DNA of 62,260 bases, the filler included. It is 9 parts of 9 records of this genome, joined end to end, with 100 filler letters (N's around TTAATTAATTAA, not from the genome) between each part and the next. Parts side by side here need not be neighbours in the genome. Positions count along the whole stretch, not along the records: positions 50,365 to 56,488 come from SRR31156797_113427; positions 56,589 to 62,260 come from SRR31156797_114022; 7 more parts are not named here. One strand, given 5' to 3'. This document shows positions 55,250-62,260 of the stretch, piece by piece. Made by a program: the position numbers and the translations under genes. The stretch's first letter is position 1, and each line of letters opens with the position of its first letter. The notes beneath the pieces are model-generated. The model made no database searches and was not told the origin of the DNA. It worked only from the letters and a program-made list of their open reading frames with translations.

Positions 55250-56379
55250 TGAGGCTGGCCTTGATAAGGCAGAGATACACCGATTACGGCGGCGCGGAAC
55301 TTTACGTCCGCCGTCTCTCCGCCCGCCTTTTGGAACGGGGGCATGAAGTGCATGTCCTGGCCAGGAAGTGGGAGGCCAGAGAGAGTGAAGGCTTGGTCTT
55401 TCACCGCATAAACTCGCCCGGCGGACCGACTTTCATTCGCCAGCCGGGATTTGCCAGGGCAGTGGCCCGCAAGGTTGCAGAATCATCATTCGACTTGGTG
55501 CACAGTTTTGACCGCACTTATTCCCAGGACATTTACCGGGCCGGCGACGGCTGTCATTGCGAATGGCTGGCCCGCCGGGCTGCCGCCTTGGGAAGGCTGC
55601 GCGGTTTTATTGACAGCGTCAATCCCAGGCACAAGGCTTTTTTGGATTTGGAATCCCGACTTTTCTCCGATTCTCGACTAAAAATCGTGCTGGTCAACTC
55701 CAGGCAGGGCCGTGAAGAAATAATCAGGCATTATGGCGTCGATGAAAACAAGGTCCGGGTATTATACAACGGGCTTGACAAAAAGAGATTTCATTCCGGC
55801 CTGGCTGATGAATACCGCAGTGAAACAAGGCGGGAACTCGGGATTGCCGAAGATGAGCCCATCGCTCTTTTCGTGGGATCAGGCTTCCAGAGAAAGGGCC
55901 TGGGCGAATTGATCGCTTCTTTACCGCACTGCGGGGTGAGGCTCCTTGTCGCCGGCCGTGACGATCAGGGGCCGTATATAAGATCGGCAAAACAGAAAGG
56001 CGTAATTGACCGGATAGTGTTTTTGGGGCCGAGAACCGATGTTGTCCGGCTGCTGGGCGCGGCTGATGTTTTTGTGCTGCCCAGTTGGTACGAGCCGTTT
56101 TCCAATGCCTGTCTCGAAGCCATGGCCGCGGGCTTGCCTACGGTTACGACAATGGGAACCGGCGCCGCGGAAGTGATTGAGGAAGGGATTAATGGTTATA
56201 CAGTGTCCTTTCCGACGGATCCGGAAGAACTCGCGGATAAAATGGAATTGGCTTTAATAATAAACCGAGCCGGCTTGAACACGGCCAACGAGAAAATTCT
56301 CGAGCCTTTCGACTGGGACCTTAATGTCGATCAAACCCTGGCCGCTTACGAGGAGATTCTCGGATATCCGCTTAGCTGA
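55249..56379 (+). CDS. GT4 LPS core glycosyltransferase (WaaG-like)
   Basis: YGGAE, DIYRAGDGCH, FVGSGFQRKG, YEPFSNACLEAMAAGLP. Confidence 0.88.
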   Translation: MRLALIRQRYTDYGGAELYVRRLSARLLERGHEVHVLARKWEARESEGLVFHRINSPGGPTFIRQPGFARAVARKVAESSFDLVHSFDRTYSQDIYRAGDGCHCEWLARRAAALGRLRGFIDSVNPRHKAFLDLESRLFSDSRLKIVLVNSRQGREEIIRHYGVDENKVRVLYNGLDKKRFHSGLADEYRSETRRELGIAEDEPIALFVGSGFQRKGLGELIASLPHCGVRLLVAGRDDQGPYIRSAKQKGVIDRIVFLGPRTDVVRLLGAADVFVLPSWYEPFSNACLEAMAAGLPTVTTMGTGAAEVIEEGINGYTVSFPTDPEELADKMELALIINRAGLNTANEKILEPFDWDLNVDQTLAAYEEILGYPLS

Positions 56380-56459
56380 TCCCCATCCCAAAGGGTCAAA
56401 TCCTTGCTTGACGCTTTTTGATGTTATGCTTTTTCCTCGCCGCCTTGGACCGCAGCAAT

Positions 56460-56488
56460 GTAGGTTGGGTTAGCGTAGCGTAACCCAA
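56460..56488 (+). repeat. GTAG-type REP-like element at the contig end
   Basis: GTAG-G-TTGGGTTA-GCGTAGCG-TAACCCAA: GTAG tetranucleotide followed by a palindrome. Confidence 0.65.
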
Positions 56489-56588
56489 NNNNNNNNNNNN
56501 NNNNNNNNNNNNNNNNNNNNNNNNNNNNNNNNTTAATTAATTAANNNNNNNNNNNNNNNNNNNNNNNNNNNNNNNNNNNNNNNNNNNN
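56489..56588. other. Artificial contig spacer 8
   Basis: Same linker. Confidence 0.99.
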
Positions 56589-56997
<409 letters not shown>

Positions 56998-58761
56998 TCA
57001 CGCCAACGCGTTGAAATCGTCGAGAAGCGCGGCAATCCGACCGCCGTCGATTTGCTCCATGATGATCCGTGCGCGCTGATGGGCGGCGTCCAGGTCCAAC
57101 GCCCGAATGCGCTTTTTGACGCGCGGGATGTTCGACGCCGCCATCGACAATTCCTGGAAGCCCAAACCCAGCAGCAACGCCGAGTATCTTGGGTCGCCGG
57201 CGATCTCGCCGCAGATGCTGACCGGAATGCGTGCAATAAGTGCGGCCTCGGCGGCCATCTGCATCAGCCTCAGAACCGCCGGATGCAACGAATCGAAAAA
57301 CTTCGCCACCTTTTCGTCGCTGCGGTCGGTGGCCAGCGTGTACATGGTCAGATCGTTCGATCCGATGGCGAAAAAATCGCTGACCCGGGCTAACGCGGTC
57401 GCTGCCAGTGCGGCTGCCGGAACCTCGATCATGACGCCGCAGGGCGGCAGCGGGTTTGGCACGGGCACGCCCTTGCGTTTCAGTTGCCGTGCCGCGCCCT
57501 GGAGGATTTCGCGGGCATGGCGGACTTCCGACGCCGTCGTCACCATCGGCAGAAGGACTCTCACCGGCCCATGAGTGGCGGCCCGCAAGATGGCCCGGAA
57601 TTGGGCCTGCAACACGTCCGAGCGCGACAACGACAAGCGGATGCCCCGCAAACCCAAAGGCGAGCAGATGCTCTCGCCCATGTCGCCGACCAGTGCCTCC
57701 GAGATTTTTTCGCCGCCGACGTCAAGGGTGCGGATGGTGACGGGCCGTCCGTTCATGGCCTCGACGATCTCGCGCAGAGCCAGGTATTGGTCCTCTTCGT
57801 CCGGGATGTCGTCGCGGTTCATGAACATGAACTCGGTTCTGAGCAGGCCGATGCCGGCCGCGCCGGCCTGTTTGACCGCGTTCATTTCGATGGGAAGCTC
57901 GACATTCGCATGAAGGGTAATCTGGGTGCCGTTTCGGGTCACCGCCGGTTGCCGTTTCAACCGAGCCAGTTGACGGATCTCCCGGTGCCTTTCGTCTCGG
58001 CGTTTTTCGAAAAGAGCAACCGTTTCCGGGGTCGGATTGACGACGATATTTCCGGTTTCGCCGTCGACGATAACCGTTTCACCGGATCTGACTTTTTTCG
58101 TCAGATTCTGGATGCCGAGGACGGTCGGAATACCCAGCGCCCGGGCCATAATGGCGGTATGGCCCTCGGCCCCGCCGGCGATGGCCGCGGCGCCGGCAAT
58201 GCGTTGCGGGTTGAGACGGGCGGTATCGGCCGGAGTCAGTTCTTCGGCGATGACGATGCTGCCCTTTGGCAGGCGTGAAAGGGCTTTGACCGGAGTGTGG
58301 CTGAGATTTCGTATCAGCCGGTTGCCGACTTCGCGAACGTCGGCCATGCGTGCGGCGATGTAGGCGTCTTCGATGGCGGCAAAGCCTTCGGCGATCTGGG
58401 CAATCTCGGCTTCGAGCGCGGCTTCGGCGTTAACGCGGTTTTCGGCAATGCGGCGTTCGACACCGCGGACAAGGCGCGAGCCTTCAAGCATCTGTAGATA
58501 GGCATCGAGAATTAGACAGAGTTCTTCGTCGGCCGAACCCGGCATCGACTGTGCCGTTTTCTGAAGCTGTCTGATCTGTCGCCGTGAACTGGCAACCGCA
58601 CCGGAGAATCGTTTGCGTTCCTTTTCGATTCCACGTGCGGGAATCCGGTATTCGGGAACAAGAACCGTTCCGCTGTCGCGTATATGGGCGACACCGATGC
58701 CGATACCCGGCGAGACGCCGAGGCCTTTCAGCTGCCGTTCCTTGGTTCGCCTGGAAACCAT
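56998..58761 (-). CDS. ptsI: PEP-protein phosphotransferase (PTS enzyme I) without a GAF domain
   Basis: Starts at LKGLGVSPGIGIG; phospho-His in GHTAIMARALGIP; GIGLLRTEF, RTLDVGGEK, GVMIEVP, GSNDL, ICGE. Confidence 0.9.
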   Translation of the reverse strand: MVSRRTKERQLKGLGVSPGIGIGVAHIRDSGTVLVPEYRIPARGIEKERKRFSGAVASSRRQIRQLQKTAQSMPGSADEELCLILDAYLQMLEGSRLVRGVERRIAENRVNAEAALEAEIAQIAEGFAAIEDAYIAARMADVREVGNRLIRNLSHTPVKALSRLPKGSIVIAEELTPADTARLNPQRIAGAAAIAGGAEGHTAIMARALGIPTVLGIQNLTKKVRSGETVIVDGETGNIVVNPTPETVALFEKRRDERHREIRQLARLKRQPAVTRNGTQITLHANVELPIEMNAVKQAGAAGIGLLRTEFMFMNRDDIPDEEDQYLALREIVEAMNGRPVTIRTLDVGGEKISEALVGDMGESICSPLGLRGIRLSLSRSDVLQAQFRAILRAATHGPVRVLLPMVTTASEVRHAREILQGAARQLKRKGVPVPNPLPPCGVMIEVPAAALAATALARVSDFFAIGSNDLTMYTLATDRSDEKVAKFFDSLHPAVLRLMQMAAEAALIARIPVSICGEIAGDPRYSALLLGLGFQELSMAASNIPRVKKRIRALDLDAAHQRARIIMEQIDGGRIAALLDDFNALA

Positions 58762-58790
58762 TTTCAAATTTCGGCCGATCGACCGCGAAA

Positions 58791-59096
58791 TTATTCTTCG
58801 AACCGGGCAGCCACCAATCCGCACAGCGCAGATGCGGCGGCCTCGGCCTGTGGTCCAAGTGTCGATATTTCGATTTCGGTGCCGGGGCCGGCCGCCAACA
58901 TCATCAGACCCAGAATGGAATGCCCGGACACGGTTTGCCCGCACTTCGTAACGGTTACTTCCGCTTCGAAGTTCGACACCAGTTTGACAAACTTACTGGC
59001 GGCCCGCGCGTGCAATCCCCGTTCGTTTTGAATCGTCACCGAATTGACGATCGGTTCGTGGACGGGTTTGCCCGGTCGATTGGCGGCCGAACTCAT
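58791..59096 (-). CDS. ptsH: HPr/NPr phosphocarrier protein
   Basis: NERGLHARAASKFV and SILGLMML; true start 59096 (ATGA overlap), not the 293-aa ORF start. Confidence 0.93.
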   Translation of the reverse strand: MSSAANRPGKPVHEPIVNSVTIQNERGLHARAASKFVKLVSNFEAEVTVTKCGQTVSGHSILGLMMLAAGPGTEIEISTLGPQAEAAASALCGLVAARFEE

Positions 59097-59500
59097 GTCT
59101 TGTCCTGGCTTAGAAGTTGGGAAGCAATATTGATGTATTTCCTGCCGGCCTCGCGGGCGTTGTTGACGGCGACACCCAGCGTTTCCGTATTGCGCACGCT
59201 GGCCAATTTGATCAACATCGGCAGATTGACGCCGGCGATCACCTCGACATTGGCTTTGTCCATGATCGAGATGGCCAGATTCGAAGGGGTTCCGCCGAAC
59301 ATATCGGTCAACACGACAACGCCGTCTCCCTGGTCGGCCTTGACCGCGCTTTCCATGATTTGGACCCGCCGCTCTTCCATATCGTCGTCCGGGCCGATTC
59401 CAATCGCGGCGACGTTGGGCTGCGGGCCGACGACGTGTTCGAGCGCCGCCACGAATTCCTCGGCGAGCCTGCCATGGGTCACCAGCACCATTCCGATCAT
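59093..59500 (-). CDS. manX: PTS EIIA component, mannose/fructose type
   Basis: MIGMVLVTHGRLA, LTDMFGGTPSN, GVNLPML. Confidence 0.92.
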   Translation of the reverse strand: MIGMVLVTHGRLAEEFVAALEHVVGPQPNVAAIGIGPDDDMEERRVQIMESAVKADQGDGVVVLTDMFGGTPSNLAISIMDKANVEVIAGVNLPMLIKLASVRNTETLGVAVNNAREAGRKYINIASQLLSQDKT

Positions 59501-59541
59501 CAGCAAATAATTCCCTAAGACCTTCAGTTTCGGGTTTCTTA

Positions 59542-60495
59542 TTACGCTTGGCGCGATCCGTCCAGTTCGCGATGAAAAAGATGGATCCGCAATCCCTGCA
59601 TTTCCAGCCACGATGACAGTTTCTCGGCGATGAATACCGAGCGATGACGCCCACCGGTGCATCCGATCGCAATGGTCAAATAGCTTTTTCCTTCTTCCGC
59701 GTATCTGGGCAGCAGGGGTGCCAGCAGATTGCATAAACCGTCGAAGAACTGTTCAAATCCGCGATCGGCAGAGACAAATGCGCCAACCTCCGACGTCTTG
59801 CCGGTCAACGGCCGCAACGCGGGATCATAGTGGGGATTGGCCAGAAAGCGAACGTCGAAAACGAGGTCGGCTTCGCGCGGTATCCCGTGGCGAAACGAAA
59901 ACGAGGTTACGAATACCGCCAGGCTTTGGCGGTCTTGCAGTCGAAAATGGCCCTCGAGGAGGCGTTTGAGGTCGCCCAGGGATGTGTCGCTGGTATCGAC
60001 GGTCAAATCCGCCCGATCCCGGATCGGCGTCATCAGACGTCTTTCAAGAGCGATTCCGTCGTCGACCGGGCGATCGAGCGCCAATGGATGACGATGCCGG
60101 GTTTCGGCATACCGCCGCCGCAGCTTTTCGTCGTCGCAATCGAGAAAAAGGACCCGAACCTTGACCGATTTATCTTCTTTCAGCTGATCGAGCTCGCGGG
60201 AGAAGGACTTGGCATCGAAATCCCTTGTCCGAATGTCGATACCAATCGCCAGCGGTCGCTGGAATTCCCGGGCCTCGAGACTGCGTTGGCTCGGGAAAAC
60301 CAAGCTTTCGAGTAAAGACAGCGGAACATTGTCAATGGCTTCGTAACCCAGGTCCTCCAGTGCCTTGAGTCCCGAAGTCTTGCCGGCGCCCGACATGCCG
60401 GTGACCAGAAGCACCATAAGACGACCTGACTCTGCCGTTGGCGTGTCGGATTCCGGCGTTTCCGTTCCCGGGGGTGTCGTCATGGTCGATGACAT
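59542..60495 (-). CDS. rapZ: RNase adapter RapZ (YhbJ)
   Basis: VTGMSGAGKT, LEDLGY, ETRHRHPL, DLVFDVRFLANP, IGCTGGRHRSV. Confidence 0.95.
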   Translation of the reverse strand: MSSTMTTPPGTETPESDTPTAESGRLMVLLVTGMSGAGKTSGLKALEDLGYEAIDNVPLSLLESLVFPSQRSLEAREFQRPLAIGIDIRTRDFDAKSFSRELDQLKEDKSVKVRVLFLDCDDEKLRRRYAETRHRHPLALDRPVDDGIALERRLMTPIRDRADLTVDTSDTSLGDLKRLLEGHFRLQDRQSLAVFVTSFSFRHGIPREADLVFDVRFLANPHYDPALRPLTGKTSEVGAFVSADRGFEQFFDGLCNLLAPLLPRYAEEGKSYLTIAIGCTGGRHRSVFIAEKLSSWLEMQGLRIHLFHRELDGSRQA

Positions 60496-60534
60496 GCTGG
60501 TGACTCCGAAAAACCATGGGCGAAACGCGACGGA

Positions 60535-60969
60535 TCAGGGCGCGAGCGAAATTTGGCCCTTTATGCCGGCCAGGGCAAAGCGCACTTTTGCCGGGGCCGA
60601 AGAGTCGAAGGCGTTGAGCCTCATCAACGGTACCGCCCGTTCCAGGAAATGGCAAAAGGTCGAAGGCGGGAAACGATCGATTTCTTCCGGCGGGACGATT
60701 TCGACAGCCAACGCGAGCCGGACTTCGCCCCGATACTTCATCTGAAAGACGCCGAGGCCGCGAACCTCGAACATGCCGGCCAGCGGCGGCGGCGGCATGG
60801 CGATGATTCCGCCCCTGTCGGCGTGAAGGTCGACCCGGTCATCGGCGACCAAATCGGCGCCGCCGTCGATTAGACGCAATGCCAAGTCGGATTTTCCGCT
60901 ACCCGATTCCCCGATTATCAGGACTCCGGCGGCATCGATGGAAACGCAAGTCGCGTGGATTTGTTCCAT
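60535..60969 (-). CDS. hprK: Short (alphaproteobacterial-type) HPr kinase/phosphorylase
   Basis: IHATCV, GESGSGKSDLAL, LVADD, EVRGLG. Confidence 0.92.
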   Translation of the reverse strand: MEQIHATCVSIDAAGVLIIGESGSGKSDLALRLIDGGADLVADDRVDLHADRGGIIAMPPPPLAGMFEVRGLGVFQMKYRGEVRLALAVEIVPPEEIDRFPPSTFCHFLERAVPLMRLNAFDSSAPAKVRFALAGIKGQISLAP

Positions 60970-61031
60970 GGCAATGAAACGTGAATACAGAAAAGTCAGG
61001 AGTCAATGCGTTTTGGGGCGTTTCTGCATCG

Positions 61032-62258
61032 TCAAGCGGTTGGAAGGTTTACAATGAAACGGGCTCCGGCGACCGATCCCGTGTCGCCGATCCGGTTTTC
61101 CGCCCGGATCCGCCCGCCATGGGCCTCGACGATTTGTTTGGAAATACTGAGGCCCAAACCGGAATGCGTGCCGAAGGCCTCGTTGTCGGGGCGTTCCGTA
61201 TAGAAGCGGTCGAAAATGTCGGTTTCCTTGCCCGCCGGGATACCCGGTCCTTCATCGGAAATCACGATTTCGACCTGACCGTCTTTGCTGTGGGCACGTA
61301 TTTCGATTTTCCCGCCCGGTGGGGAAAATGACAGCGCGTTCGATACCAGATTACGGAACACCTGGAACAGTCTGCCCTCGGCACCATTGACGCGAATGGT
61401 TTCGCCGGCCGGAAGATCGAGCCTTATTTCGGGAATATCGGCGGCGTCGGTGGCATGGTGAAGATCTTTCATCGCCGACAGCATGACGTTCAATTCAATC
61501 GGTGCCATTTCGGCCCGCGACAGCTCTGCATCGAGCCGGGATGCTTCCGATATGTCGGATATCAGCCGGTCCAGGCGTTGTACGTCCTCCTGGATAATTC
61601 CCATCAACTTACGCTGCTGTTCGGGATCCGTTACCCGCGCAATGGTCTCCACGGCGCTGTGCAGGCTGGTCAATGGGTTCTTGATTTCATGGGCGACATC
61701 GGCGGCAAAGCCTTCGATGGCGTCCATCCGCAGCCACAACGCCTCGGTCATTTCACTAAGGACCTGGGCGAGTTCCCCGATTTCGTCCTGACGCCCCGGG
61801 AAGGTCGGAATCGCGGCCTGCCGGTTGCGCGCGTGCCGCACCTGTTCGGCGGCATCGGCAAGACGGTGAATGGGTTGCGCGATGGTCCGGGCCAAATACA
61901 CCGACAACAGGATCGTAATCGACAACGCGACGCCGAACATTTTCAGGATGTCGAGTCGCAGTTCATAGAGTGTGGCGTCTATGTCTCGTGAATCCCTGGA
62001 CAGCATAAGTGCGCCAAGGACCTGTTTGTAGCGCTGCACCGGCGCCGATACGCTTAGAATCATGGTATTCGGACCGGCCCTGACGGCGCCGGCGGTTTCG
62101 CCGCGAAGGGCATAAACGACTTCGGCATAGTCGTCCGCTTTCTGCACCGGATTTTCGACATAGTCGGGCATGTCACCGAAACCCGGTATCAGGGCGACGA
62201 TTTTGTCGTAAAGCGACAACAACCAGCCGATAAGTCCTTCGCCGGTTTCGGGAGGCGG
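61032..62258 (-). CDS. chvG: ChvG/ExoS-type sensor histidine kinase (5'-truncated at window end)
   Basis: HAMP domain, ADVAHEIKNPLTS, RLDRLISDISEASRLDAEL, IFDRFYTERP...FGTHSGLGL; position upstream of hprK. Confidence 0.93.
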   Translation of the reverse strand, partial: PPPETGEGLIGWLLSLYDKIVALIPGFGDMPDYVENPVQKADDYAEVVYALRGETAGAVRAGPNTMILSVSAPVQRYKQVLGALMLSRDSRDIDATLYELRLDILKMFGVALSITILLSVYLARTIAQPIHRLADAAEQVRHARNRQAAIPTFPGRQDEIGELAQVLSEMTEALWLRMDAIEGFAADVAHEIKNPLTSLHSAVETIARVTDPEQQRKLMGIIQEDVQRLDRLISDISEASRLDAELSRAEMAPIELNVMLSAMKDLHHATDAADIPEIRLDLPAGETIRVNGAEGRLFQVFRNLVSNALSFSPPGGKIEIRAHSKDGQVEIVISDEGPGIPAGKETDIFDRFYTERPDNEAFGTHSGLGLSISKQIVEAHGGRIRAENRIGDTGSVAGARFIVNLPTA

Positions 62259-62260
62259 CA

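Noticed and set aside
50460-56379. LPS core operon with an embedded Trm112-like gene as a novel system
   Set aside because: YcaR/Trm112-family genes commonly sit among LPS and Kdo genes; the content is ordinary.
6843-56588. Recurring TTAATTAATTAA flanked by N runs as a biological repeat or CRISPR-like array
   Set aside because: Identical 100-nt construct with six-frame stops at every contig junction; it is an assembly linker.
58791-59734. 293-aa HPr, 213-aa EIIA and 648-aa EI with long N-terminal extensions
   Set aside because: The extensions overlap upstream genes in other frames; family-typical starts are at 59096, 59500 and 58761.

Overview
This window is not one locus. It is nine unrelated contig fragments joined by eight identical 100-nt artificial spacers (44 N, TTAATTAATTAA, 44 N), so no synteny can be inferred across spacers. 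Taxonomic labels are inferred from gene content and protein style only. (1) 1-6842, alphaproteobacterial (Rhodospirillales-like): rluD, rpoH, a membrane-anchored pseudokinase with a small membrane partner, a secreted hypothetical, a beta-hydroxyacid dehydrogenase and a pdxA-family fragment. (2) 6943-15079, Desulfobacterota-like: GAF-PAS histidine kinase and response regulator, a split FUSC pair, a small gene behind a sigma54-type promoter, and a large helical protein. (3) 15180-20342, Phycisphaerae-like: multidomain S8 protease, 14-repeat Sel1 protein, dprA fragment. (4) 20443-26072, planctomycete-like: GH2 beta-mannosidase, several hypotheticals including a [DE]RR-repeat protein, and MscS. 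(5) 26173-31669, planctomycete-like: tandem ECF sigma / anti-sigma-like cassettes with a conserved terminator and promoter motif, then a LamG protein. (6) 31770-42382, Desulfobacterota-like: two paralogous porins, a TolC/RND/MFP pump with TetR and a 19-aa upstream ORF, and a class III cyclase. (7) 42483-50264, Desulfovibrionaceae-like: kinase fragment, lipoprotein, solute-binding protein, a degenerate-nuclease/beta-barrel fusion behind a FliA-type promoter, nickel-uptake accessory genes with a NikR-type site, REC-REC-HD-GYP, and tmRNA. (8) 50365-56488: LPS core biosynthesis operon ending in a REP-like element. (9) 56589-62260, alphaproteobacterial: chvG-hprK-rapZ-EIIA-HPr-EI-ahcY with a SahR-type palindrome. 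No CRISPR array, transposase, integrase, rRNA or tRNA was recognised. The best candidates for undescribed biology are the ECF cassette array, the pseudokinase pair, the nuclease-fold/barrel fusion and the [DE]RR protein. All calls come from reading motifs by eye; no database search was run.
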